The notes under the pieces are model-generated. The model was not told where the DNA came from. It did no database searches and was given only the letters and a program-made list of their open reading frames with translations. This document shows positions 27,969 through 36,643 of a DNA stretch of 61,826 nt, in pieces. The position numbers were made by a program, and so were the translations under genes. The stretch is from Candidatus Omnitrophota bacterium (GTDB lineage Bacteria > Omnitrophota > Gorgyraeia > Gygaellales > Profunditerraquicolaceae): contig JAQTQG010000006.1 in NCBI GenBank assembly GCA_028712375.1, positions 1 to 61,826 on the forward strand. The letters are read 5' to 3'. The stretch's first letter is position 1. Every line of letters starts with the position of its first letter.

Positions 27969-28010
27969 ATTTACCTATTATAGTCAGTAAATTTTGCGAA
28001 GGTCTAGCTT

Positions 28011-28039
28011 ATTATATTCGGTCTTTTGACAATCAACAA
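28011..28039 (-). promoter_or_regulatory. candidate sigma70-type promoter for the nucleotidyltransferase gene
   Basis: -35 TTGTTG (28039..28034), 17-nt spacer, -10 TATAAT (28016..28011), 43 nt upstream of ATG 27968. Confidence 0.35.
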
Positions 28040-28183
28040 ACATTTTTATCATTCGGGTAAGAAATTGTTTTATGCGGCTTGCCTGCGCCAACCCTAAGAT
28101 TAGCTGCTGATACCCCACTGCTCCTTTAATATTTTTATTGTGGCTACTTGCAAATCAACACCAACACAGTGTATACTTAATTA

Positions 28184-28268
28184 GAAAGCATAAAGATGCT
28201 TAACTTTAACCGGGCAAGAGTGAGGAGTTGGTGGAAATAGGAAGACGGCCTCACGCCTTGCCTTTTTT
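28184..28268 (+). ncRNA. candidate ~85-nt plus-strand small RNA (the only plus-strand unit in the window)
   Basis: Plus-strand -35 TTGCAA (28148-28153), 18-nt spacer, -10 TATACT (28172-28177). It has a 5' hairpin AAGCAT-AAAG-ATGCTT and a terminator hairpin at 28213-28262 followed by TTTTTT. Confidence 0.3.
28213..28268 (+). terminator. plus-strand intrinsic-terminator-like hairpin plus T6
   Basis: GGCAAG..TGAGG / CCTCA..CTTGCC interrupted stem (6+5 bp) followed directly by TTTTTT on the plus strand. Confidence 0.45.
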
Positions 28269-28294
28269 ACTAACCTGGCGGTAGCTCCACTATA

Positions 28295-28327
28295 AAAATA
28301 AAAAGCCGGAATATACCCGGCTTTTTA
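28295..28327 (-). terminator. intrinsic terminator downstream of the small lipoprotein gene
   Basis: Minus strand AGCCGG-GTATATT-CCGGCT followed by TTTTATTTTTAT. Confidence 0.6.
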
Positions 28328-28363
28328 TAAACCCAAACCAATCAACTATTAACCTATAGAATA

Positions 28364-28564
28364 TTACCAGAGATTTTCTTTAACCCAATTATCAGCCTTT
28401 TCAATCATATTCGGGCCTTCATCGGCTGCCACTTGAGTGGTTTTTTTACCGCATTGAGCCGCATCACCATCAACACAAACCTTCTCTGCGCATATGGTAA
28501 CGCAACCGCTGCCTAAAAAAACAAAAGCAAAAAGTACAACTGATAAAAACATCTTTTTAACCAT
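28364..28564 (-). CDS. small secreted Cys-rich (lipo)protein, 66 aa
   Basis: ATG 28564 preceded by a GGGGG SD. The signal peptide MVKKMFLSVVLFAFVFLGSGC has a lipobox-like LGSGC. Confidence 0.5.
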   Translation of the reverse strand: MVKKMFLSVVLFAFVFLGSGCVTICAEKVCVDGDAAQCGKKTTQVAADEGPNMIEKADNWVKENLW

Positions 28565-28677
28565 TATTACCCCCTTTTGCCTAAGTTCAAACTCCATTTA
28601 TATTCAACATATATATCTTTTATTATAATAGCAGATTCTATAAATTTAGCAAGCTTCGCGTAAAATCAGCCTGCTGT

Positions 28678-28722
28678 AAAAAAGGCCTTTTGATCTTTTT
28701 CCCAGAAAGAGATCAAAAGGCC
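28678..28722 (-). terminator. intrinsic terminator (13-bp perfect stem plus T6)
   Basis: GGCCTTTTGATCT / AGATCAAAAGGCC stem at 28684-28722, followed on the minus strand by TTTTTT. Confidence 0.7.
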
Positions 28723-28920
28723 CCCCTGTTGCATACCGTATTCCAAGAAACTCAAGATAAAAACGGGCAAGGGGAAATTCTATTGGCACCTTTTTCTGGG
28801 CATTGCCTGCCCGCTGGTAGTTTACCCCTTGCCTTAACTACTCACAACTTACTAATTAACTATAACATAAATTAACTACCAATTTCAAGTGAGGCGCAAA
28901 AAGATATTCCCATTCTCAAG

Positions 28921-29391
28921 CTATGGATTATTTTCCTTCGGTAAATTCTTATCGGTTGAGGATTTAATCAAACTCGATTTTTTTCTAGCGTTGTGAATTG
29001 TGGCAGGGGACGGCAATCGGTCCACAGTTGACAAATTTTTATTTTTTTTCTGATTAGCCAAAGCTGCTGCTTCAGCCGGTTTCTGAATTTCATCTTCGAA
29101 AGCCTGTGCGGTAGTCTTAAGCGATGAAGCATAAGCTTTATATAATAACTCCATCTGCGGCGTTAAAGTATTCGGGGCGCCGGAGGTCGACTGATCAATA
29201 GAAAATATTTCATCATTGTAAAAAGTTAATTCTATCCCCTCAAAATCCAGCTTGACGTATTTATCCGTCTGTTCGATAATCTTTCCCTCAACTTTCTGCC
29301 CAGATTTAAGCAGGATTGTTTGGCTGAAACTTAAACCCAAGAAAGAAAAGAAAAAAATGGCACAAAGACAATAGACCTTTATTTTGCCCAT
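28921..29391 (-). CDS. hypothetical exported protein
   Basis: 156 aa with the signal peptide MGKIKVYCLCAIFFFSFLGLSFSQ. It overlaps the gltX stop by 13 nt. No recognisable family. Confidence 0.5.
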   Translation of the reverse strand: MGKIKVYCLCAIFFFSFLGLSFSQTILLKSGQKVEGKIIEQTDKYVKLDFEGIELTFYNDEIFSIDQSTSGAPNTLTPQMELLYKAYASSLKTTAQAFEDEIQKPAEAAALANQKKNKNLSTVDRLPSPATIHNARKKSSLIKSSTDKNLPKENNP

Positions 29392-30671
29392 TTTAATAGC
29401 CTCCTTTTACTGCGTTCTTTGCCAAGATAGTAAATTACTTCAAATAAACCCGGCCCGATCGTCTTGCCGGTAAGGGCAACGCGTACAGGATGAATCAGTT
29501 TCTTGGCTTCAATACCCAGCTCTGCCACCAACTCCCGGAAACTGGCCTCAATATTAACAATATCAAAACATTGCAGATTATCCAGCCTTTGCGCAAAAAG
29601 ATTGAGCTCTTTTGATAAATCCTGGGTTAAATATTTTTCTTGTGCTGCCGGATCCATCACCGGTTCATCCAGGAAGAAAAAATCTGCCCAATCCACAAAA
29701 TCATTAAGGCGAGGCAAGCGAGCCTGGAATAGTTTTACTAAAAGCAGCAGGTAGCCCCGGTCGAAGTGATCCTTATTTATATAGTGCTTATCCTCAAGCA
29801 ACGGCACCAACTCATCGGCTAATTTTTCCGGGTCAGCATCCTTAAGATATTGATTATTTATCCAGTCCAGTTTCTTTAAATCAAAGGTGGCGGAAGTTTT
29901 GTTTACATTTTTTATATCAAACAATCTCACCGCCTCCTGAATACTCACCAGTTCACGATTATCACCTGGAGCCCAACTAAGCAAAAGCAGGTAATTTAAC
30001 AAGGCCTCGGAAAGATACCCCATTTTACGGTAATCGCTGATCGCCGTAGCCCCGGTTCTTTTAGAGAGCCTGCCCCCATCTACCCCCATAATTAACGGCA
30101 AATGCGCAAAATCCGGTAACGCAAAACCCAACGCTTCATAAAGCATAATCTGTTTGGGAGTGTTTGAAATGTGATCATCGCCGCGGATAATGTGCGTGAT
30201 GTTCATTTCCGCGTCATCCACCACGCAGGCAAAGTTATAAGTCGGAGTACCGTCGGACTTAATCAAAACCTGGTCTTTGATCAGCGTAGAATCAAACTCG
30301 ATCTCCCCGCGGATCAAATCATTAACCTTGATCTTTTTTTCCGGCACCTTATAAATTATTGCTTCTTTGCCCTCGGGAGATTTTTCAATATAAGCCAGGC
30401 CGGCTTTCAGCAGTTTATCCGCGTGCATCCGGTAACGCTCAAAACGCTCACTCTGATAATAAAGCTCATCCCAATTAAACCCCAGCCATTTCAAGCTATA
30501 GAGTATTTCATCTACGAATTCCTTTTTGGAACGTTCTTTATCTGTATCTTCAATCCTTAAAATAAATTTTCCGTTTTGAGATTGAGAAAAAAGCCAGTTA
30601 AATAATGCGGTACGCCCACCGCCGATGTGCAAATTCCCCGTGGGACTAGGTGCGAAACGAACTCTAACCAT
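29379..30671 (-). CDS. gltX: glutamyl-tRNA synthetase (short form, 430 aa)
   Basis: Class I motifs PSPTGNLHIGG and RLSKR, with overall GluRS-like sequence. Confidence 0.9.
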   Translation of the reverse strand: MVRVRFAPSPTGNLHIGGGRTALFNWLFSQSQNGKFILRIEDTDKERSKKEFVDEILYSLKWLGFNWDELYYQSERFERYRMHADKLLKAGLAYIEKSPEGKEAIIYKVPEKKIKVNDLIRGEIEFDSTLIKDQVLIKSDGTPTYNFACVVDDAEMNITHIIRGDDHISNTPKQIMLYEALGFALPDFAHLPLIMGVDGGRLSKRTGATAISDYRKMGYLSEALLNYLLLLSWAPGDNRELVSIQEAVRLFDIKNVNKTSATFDLKKLDWINNQYLKDADPEKLADELVPLLEDKHYINKDHFDRGYLLLLVKLFQARLPRLNDFVDWADFFFLDEPVMDPAAQEKYLTQDLSKELNLFAQRLDNLQCFDIVNIEASFRELVAELGIEAKKLIHPVRVALTGKTIGPGLFEVIYYLGKERSKRRLLKWAK

Positions 30672-31200
30672 GATTTAATTTTTGCCCTTCTTCTAAGGCT
30701 TGCTGGTTAATCTTTAATATTTCCAGATTACCAGCCGGAGCGATAGATTTAAATACTTTTAATATATTTTTAACCTTAATAATTTTTTTAGCAGCAGCAA
30801 AACAACCCAATGCCGCCATATTGGCAACTTTAATATTGCCGATTTTTATGGCAATATCCGTAAACGGGAAAGATAAAACCTGCATTTTAGCATACTTATC
30901 AATTGCAGCTAAAGAAGAATTGAGAATCAAGATGCCATTTTTTTTTAGTTTACCCTTAAATCTTTCTAAAGAAGGCCGGTTAAGAATTATCAATGTATCA
31001 GCTTGGCTTATATAAGGAGAACCGATCTCTTGATCTGAAATAATCACCATGCAATGGCTGGTTCCTCCGCGCACCTCCGGCCCGTAAGCCGGAAACCAGG
31101 TCACCTGCTTGCCTTCAAGCATGGCAGTTTGCGCCAGGACTTTACCCAAGAGCATTACCCCCTGGCCGCCGCTGCCGGCAATAATTATGCGCTCAATCAT
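30664..31200 (-). CDS. 2-oxoacid:ferredoxin oxidoreductase, gamma subunit
   Basis: IIIAGSGGQGV N-terminus and position after the beta subunit. Confidence 0.8.
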   Translation of the reverse strand: MIERIIIAGSGGQGVMLLGKVLAQTAMLEGKQVTWFPAYGPEVRGGTSHCMVIISDQEIGSPYISQADTLIILNRPSLERFKGKLKKNGILILNSSLAAIDKYAKMQVLSFPFTDIAIKIGNIKVANMAALGCFAAAKKIIKVKNILKVFKSIAPAGNLEILKINQQALEEGQKLNHG

Positions 31201-31925
31201 TTAATCCTCCCTAAGGGAAACTCTTTACGCATAACAAGCTTAATCCAATCCAGCGATTCCTTCGGGGATAGCCCCCAATAAGTAGGGCAAGGAGAAAGCA
31301 CTTCCACCAAAGAAAAACCTAAATTATTTATTTGATTTTCAAAAGCCTGCTTAATTGCACGCTTGGCTTTCAACACTTCCTGCGGGTTCTCTAAAGAAAC
31401 CCGTTCGATATAACAAACTCCGGGTAACAATGCCAGCATTTCAGAAATTTTTAAAGGATAACCGTGAGCCTTTTTTGTCCGGCCTTCAATAGAAGTGGCG
31501 GTTTTCTGGCCCAAAAGCGTAGTAGGGGCCAGTTGCCCTCCGGTCATTCCGTATACCGCATTATTGATAAAAACTACAGAAAGATTTTCGCCGCGGTTGG
31601 CCGCATGAATAGTCTCATTGGTACCAATCGCCGCCAAATCCCCGTCCCCCTGGTAAGTAAAAACTACCTTTTCCGGATGCACTCTTTTTATCCCCGTCGC
31701 AACCGCCAGCGCCCGGCCATGCGCTGCTTCTGAACAATCAAAATTCCAGTAATCATAAGCCACTACCGCGCAGCCTACCGGGGCAACGCCAATGGTTTTT
31801 TCTCTGATGCCCAGGCTATCCACCGCTTCGGCTACCAGGCGATGGGCGATACCATGCCCGCAACCCGGGCAATAATGGGTAGCCACATCATACAAAGATT
31901 CACCACGCTTAAATATCTTTTCCAT
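31197..31925 (-). CDS. 2-oxoacid:ferredoxin oxidoreductase, beta (TPP-binding) subunit
   Basis: CPGCGHG and GDGD...NN..YGMTGGQ thiamine-diphosphate motifs. Confidence 0.85.
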   Translation of the reverse strand: MEKIFKRGESLYDVATHYCPGCGHGIAHRLVAEAVDSLGIREKTIGVAPVGCAVVAYDYWNFDCSEAAHGRALAVATGIKRVHPEKVVFTYQGDGDLAAIGTNETIHAANRGENLSVVFINNAVYGMTGGQLAPTTLLGQKTATSIEGRTKKAHGYPLKISEMLALLPGVCYIERVSLENPQEVLKAKRAIKQAFENQINNLGFSLVEVLSPCPTYWGLSPKESLDWIKLVMRKEFPLGRIK

Positions 31926-32995
31926 TATAATATTTTTTTAACCTTATCAATGATCTGTTCTTGGCTTAAAATCCCGCCGCCTGAACGGCCCAAAAATTCC
32001 ACCTGCTGCCGGCCATTAACCGCCAACCGGACGTCCTGAAGCATCTGGCCATAAGACAACTCCAGCACTAAATATTTTACCCTGTTGTTTTTTATTTGAA
32101 AGGCCCTCTCTGGAAACGGCCACAGGCTAATGGGGCGGATTAAACCCACTTGTTTACCTGCGTTTCTTAGCTGGCTAATCGCGCTTTTAGCAATGCGCGC
32201 CATTGTCCCATAAGCCACCAGTATAACTTTAGCATCAGATAAAAATAAACCTTCAAAACGCTGTTCTTTCTGCTGAATAATTTGGTAGTTCTTCTGCAGC
32301 TTAAGATTAAATTCCTCCAACGCTCCTTCCCGCAGAAAAAATGATTTAGCGATGTTTGGTTTTCTTCCGGCGCAGCCACAAAGCGCCCAACTTTTGACAG
32401 GAGGAGTTTTAATTTTCCTGGAAGATAACTTAACCGGCTCCATCATTTGACCCAATACACCATCACCCAAAATCATCACCGGGGTGCGGTATTTATCCGC
32501 TAAGTCAAAACCGGACTGCGTAAGATCATACGCTTCTTGTGCCGAGGCGGGAGCCAAAACAATCACATGATAATCACCGTGCCCGCCGCCGCGGGTAGCC
32601 TGAAAATAATCAGACTGCGCCGGAGCGATATTGCCTAGCCCGGGGCCGCCCCGCATAATATTTACAATTACCGCCGGCAGCTGTGAACCGGCAAGATAAG
32701 ATATTCCTTCCTGTTTTAAACTGATCCCCGGGCTTGAAGATGAAGTCATTGCCCTGGCCCCGGCAGCCGAAGCCCCATAAACCATATTGATCGCGGCTAA
32801 CTCAGACTCTGCCTGGATAAAAACCCTTGCCGCCTGTCCTTTGACCGCACCAGAGGCGGGCAAATATTTAGCCATATATGCAATAAGTTCGTTTTGCGGA
32901 GTAATCGGATACCCGGCATAAAAGGTGCAGCCAGCCTGAATTGCCCCCTGAGCGATTGCTTCATTGCCGCTTAAAAGTACTTTTGTCTTAGCCAT
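31925..32995 (-). CDS. 2-oxoacid:ferredoxin oxidoreductase, alpha subunit
   Basis: GNEAIAQGAIQAGC..YAGYPITPQNE, typical of POR/KOR/VOR alpha subunits. Confidence 0.85.
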   Translation of the reverse strand: MAKTKVLLSGNEAIAQGAIQAGCTFYAGYPITPQNELIAYMAKYLPASGAVKGQAARVFIQAESELAAINMVYGASAAGARAMTSSSSPGISLKQEGISYLAGSQLPAVIVNIMRGGPGLGNIAPAQSDYFQATRGGGHGDYHVIVLAPASAQEAYDLTQSGFDLADKYRTPVMILGDGVLGQMMEPVKLSSRKIKTPPVKSWALCGCAGRKPNIAKSFFLREGALEEFNLKLQKNYQIIQQKEQRFEGLFLSDAKVILVAYGTMARIAKSAISQLRNAGKQVGLIRPISLWPFPERAFQIKNNRVKYLVLELSYGQMLQDVRLAVNGRQQVEFLGRSGGGILSQEQIIDKVKKIL

Positions 32996-33089
32996 TATTT
33001 TAAATTCTAAACCCTAAACTTGAGTTTTTAAACTAATATTTTAACCTTTTAATCGCGAATTTCAAGTTCGTTCGGAAGCCCCGCGTTAA

Positions 33090-33296
33090 CTACTCTTTAT
33101 ACACCTCAATACAGCAATCCGGACAAATTATTGCGCATTGCATACAACCGATGCAGTTATCCTTTAAATCAACTTCCACAAAATTCAAACCCTGTTTATT
33201 TAATTTTGTGCTTTTTTTAATTAAACCTTTGGGGCAGAAATTAACACACAATAAACACCCCTTGCACTTATCCTGATTTATTATAATTTTAGGCAT
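33090..33296 (-). CDS. 2-oxoacid:ferredoxin oxidoreductase, delta subunit (2x[4Fe-4S] ferredoxin)
   Basis: Two CxxCxxCxxxCP motifs (CKGCLLCVNFCP, CIGCMQCAIICP) in 68 aa. Confidence 0.8.
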   Translation of the reverse strand: MPKIIINQDKCKGCLLCVNFCPKGLIKKSTKLNKQGLNFVEVDLKDNCIGCMQCAIICPDCCIEVYKE

Positions 33297-35151
33297 TTTT
33301 TATCACCTGGCGGATATGCTCGGCAATTCCCGCGGCATTAAGCTTATAATTTTCCAAAAGTAACCCCCGGGAACCATGTGGAATGAATTCAAGCGGTAAG
33401 CCCAGACGCTCTACCGGCTTATCCAACTGCTGGGCAACTGCGCTACCAAAGCCCATATCCCGGAGCCCCTCTTCAATAGTAAAAATAAACTTTTTCTGCT
33501 CACTCTCTATTTTAATTAATTCCATATCCAGCGGGGCAACAAACCGGGCATTAATTAAACTCCCATTTAATCCTTCCCGGCTTAATAGCTCCAGGGCTTT
33601 CTTCGCCTCCACCACCATGCTCCCCAAAGCGATAATCAAAAAATCCTTGCCTGCTTTAATTAATTGTCCCCGGCCCAATTCCAAAGTATCTACAGAGTCT
33701 TTTATCAAGGAAGCTTCTGCGCGGGGATATCTTATCGCAACAGGCTTACCCAACCGTACAGCAAATTCCAGCATTTGTTCCAATTCATAGCCATCACCGG
33801 GAGCCATAATTACCAAGTTCGGGATACTTCTTAAATAAGCAATATCAAATATGCCCTGATGCGTAACCCCATCTTCCCCCACAATGCCCGCCCGGTCAAC
33901 AGCGAAAATTACCGGCAACTCTTGTAAGGAAACATCTTCAATAATCTGATCGTAAGCCCTTTGCAGAAACGTAGAATAAATTGCTACCACCGGCTTAAAC
34001 CCCTGCTTAGCCAGGCCGGCAGCAAAACAAACCGCATGCGCTTCGGCAATTCCGCAATCAAAAAACCTTTCGCCAAAACTATCCCGGAATTTATCCAGGC
34101 CTGTTCCTTCCGGCATAGCGGCAGTAATCGCAACAATCTGTCGATCAGTTTGTGCCAACTGCGCTATTTTATCACGGAATATTTCAGTATAACTTTTTGA
34201 TTCCGGTAAAGGCTTCTTAATCGCTGCTTCGCCCGTATTAATATCAAAATGGCTAATACCATGAAATCTTACCGGATCTTTTTCTGCAAATGCGCAACCT
34301 TTGCCTTTTTTAGTAACAATGTGCAGGAGGCGAGGCCCTTTAATTTCCAGAATATTTCTTAAAGTAGAGGTCAAAGCACACAAATCATGCCCGTCAATCG
34401 GGCCAAAATAACGAAACCCCAGCTCTTCAAATAGCATCCCGGGGACAAAAAGCCCCTTTAACCCTTCTTCAAATTTGTTCATCAACTTAATCAGGCGGCT
34501 GCCCCGCGGAACGCGGGTTTTTAAAAAACTTTCCACGCTATCATGAAAACGGTTATACACCGGCAAAGAAATAATCTTATTTAAATAGTTGCTGATCGCT
34601 CCGACGTTAGGCGCGATACTTAATTCATTGGTATTTAAAACCACTAAAATATCTTTTTTCAGGTGCCCGGCATTGTTTAAACCTTCAAAACAAAGCCCTC
34701 CGCTTAAAGACCCGTCTCCGATTACACAAACTACTTTAAACTGTTCTTCTTTGGGCAAAAAATCCCTGCCGCAAGCAAGCCCCAAACCTAAAGAAACCGC
34801 GTTTGAACTATGCCCGCTAGTAAAGGGATCGTAAGCTGATTCGTCTTTGGAAGGAAAACCGCTTAACCCCTGATATTGCCTTAATGTAGAAAATTTGGAA
34901 TTCCGCCCAGTTAATATTTTATGGGCGTAAGCCTGATGGCCGACATCAAAAATAATTTTATCTTTAGGGGTATTCAAACAATAATGCAAAGCTACAATCA
35001 ACTCCACCGCCCCCAAGCTGGAAGCTAAATGGCCTCCGGTCTGTGAAACCACCTCGATCAGCCTTTGACGGACTTCACCGCTAAGGCACCCCAGCTGATC
35101 CGGGCTTAATTTCCTTAAATCTAAAGGTGAATTTATCTTCTCCAGAAACAT
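33289..35151 (-). CDS. dxs: 1-deoxy-D-xylulose-5-phosphate synthase
   Basis: 620 aa with GGHLASSLG, DVGHQAY.HK, the GDG TPP motif and a transketolase-like C-terminus. Confidence 0.92.
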   Translation of the reverse strand: MFLEKINSPLDLRKLSPDQLGCLSGEVRQRLIEVVSQTGGHLASSLGAVELIVALHYCLNTPKDKIIFDVGHQAYAHKILTGRNSKFSTLRQYQGLSGFPSKDESAYDPFTSGHSSNAVSLGLGLACGRDFLPKEEQFKVVCVIGDGSLSGGLCFEGLNNAGHLKKDILVVLNTNELSIAPNVGAISNYLNKIISLPVYNRFHDSVESFLKTRVPRGSRLIKLMNKFEEGLKGLFVPGMLFEELGFRYFGPIDGHDLCALTSTLRNILEIKGPRLLHIVTKKGKGCAFAEKDPVRFHGISHFDINTGEAAIKKPLPESKSYTEIFRDKIAQLAQTDRQIVAITAAMPEGTGLDKFRDSFGERFFDCGIAEAHAVCFAAGLAKQGFKPVVAIYSTFLQRAYDQIIEDVSLQELPVIFAVDRAGIVGEDGVTHQGIFDIAYLRSIPNLVIMAPGDGYELEQMLEFAVRLGKPVAIRYPRAEASLIKDSVDTLELGRGQLIKAGKDFLIIALGSMVVEAKKALELLSREGLNGSLINARFVAPLDMELIKIESEQKKFIFTIEEGLRDMGFGSAVAQQLDKPVERLGLPLEFIPHGSRGLLLENYKLNAAGIAEHIRQVIKNA

Positions 35152-35154
35152 ATT

Positions 35155-35403
35155 TTATTTTTCTTCCGCGCTGGCGTCATTGAATTCTTCCAAAGTAATC
35201 TTATTATCCTTTTTCATTAACAACTCTACTTTTCTTTGCGCCTCCGATAAAGTCAAAGCGCAGGACTGCGCAATCTTGACCCCTTCTTCATATTTTTTAA
35301 GCGACTCGCCTAAAGTAATCTTTCCACTAGAAAGTTCTTCAACGATTTTTTGTAATTTTTTCAGGTCTTCTTCAAATAAGGCACTACGCGTTTCTTTCGC
35401 CAT
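35155..35403 (-). CDS. xseB: exodeoxyribonuclease VII small subunit
   Basis: 82 aa with FEEDLKKLQKIVEELSSG...L.ESL..YEEG, adjacent to xseA. Confidence 0.85.
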   Translation of the reverse strand: MAKETRSALFEEDLKKLQKIVEELSSGKITLGESLKKYEEGVKIAQSCALTLSEAQRKVELLMKKDNKITLEEFNDASAEEK

Positions 35404-36643
35404 AAAATACCTCCTGCACTATGCTCGTAAATGTACCTTTATGTAACACTGTTTTTAATTTATCTCCCGGCTTTATCGCTGCTGCGTCTCTCAGGATTAC
35501 ATCTTGCGGCACAAGCATGCTTAAACTATAGCCGCGGGACAATATGGATAGCGGACTCAATGCTTCCAACCTTTCCACTAATGCGCTGCTGCGCTGGCCG
35601 GCTAGTTCCAAAGAATTACGCATTCCATAGTTTAACGCCGAGAATAATTCATCTATCTGTTGCTGTTTTTCAAACAGACGGTCACGCGGGCTCTTAAGCA
35701 TATGTGTCAAAGCAATAAGCCGATTGTTTAAATCACTAATTATATCATTAATCGCAAGATCAAATTCATACCTGGCCGCGGATACCTGGGCCAATAAAGC
35801 ATTTTTTCTATCTACAATGATCTTGGCTGCCGCCGAAGGCGTTTCCACAAAGACATCGGCCGCTAAATCGGATAAAGTAGTATTGATCTGATGGCCTACC
35901 GCCGAAATCACCGGAAGAGCGGAATTATAAATTGCCCGCACCACAATCTCTTCATTAAAAGACCACAGATCCTCCGCGCTTCCTCCTCCGCGGCTGACAA
36001 TAACCAAATCTATATTTTTAAGGTTATTGAGATCCGCTATCGCCTCGGCAATTTCATTAGCGGATTGTTCACCCTGTACGCGCACAGAACGCAATACCAC
36101 ATCTACGCAAGCAGCGCCTTTTTTAAGAATCTGCAGGATATCGCGCACCGCTGCTCCTTTACTGGAAGTAACTATCCCCACCCTAAAAGGCATCTGGGGA
36201 AGCGGTTTTTTATGCTCAATAGCAAATAACCCCTCCCGGCCTAATTTCTTTTTTAATTGTTCAAAGGCCAATTGTTGAGCGCCCACCCCTTTAGGTTCTA
36301 TATTTTCAACGATAATCTTATATTGCCCGCTAGGGCCGTAAACATCCACTTTGCCGAAGCAAATAACCTTTAAACCATCTTCGAGTTTAAACTTTAAGCT
36401 TTTATTGGCATAAACAAACATTGCCGCCCCGATTAAAGAACTCTGGTCTTTTAAAGAAAAATAAAAATGCCCGCTGGTTGCGGCTTTAAAATTAGAGATC
36501 TCCCCTTCCAGCCAAATCTGGCCGACTCGTTCTTCAAGCAGCCCCTTAATTACCTGGGTAATTTCTGAAACAGTATAAATATGTTTCTGGTTCTGGCTGG
36601 CGAAAGCCGAATTATTGTTTTCTGGTTTACTTATTCTCTGCAT
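35384..36643 (-). CDS. xseA: exodeoxyribonuclease VII large subunit
   Basis: YTVSEIT..IK.LLE...IWLEGEISNFK OB-fold N-terminus, RGGGS.EDLW.FN motif. Confidence 0.9.
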   Translation of the reverse strand: MQRISKPENNNSAFASQNQKHIYTVSEITQVIKGLLEERVGQIWLEGEISNFKAATSGHFYFSLKDQSSLIGAAMFVYANKSLKFKLEDGLKVICFGKVDVYGPSGQYKIIVENIEPKGVGAQQLAFEQLKKKLGREGLFAIEHKKPLPQMPFRVGIVTSSKGAAVRDILQILKKGAACVDVVLRSVRVQGEQSANEIAEAIADLNNLKNIDLVIVSRGGGSAEDLWSFNEEIVVRAIYNSALPVISAVGHQINTTLSDLAADVFVETPSAAAKIIVDRKNALLAQVSAARYEFDLAINDIISDLNNRLIALTHMLKSPRDRLFEKQQQIDELFSALNYGMRNSLELAGQRSSALVERLEALSPLSILSRGYSLSMLVPQDVILRDAAAIKPGDKLKTVLHKGTFTSIVQEVFYGERNA

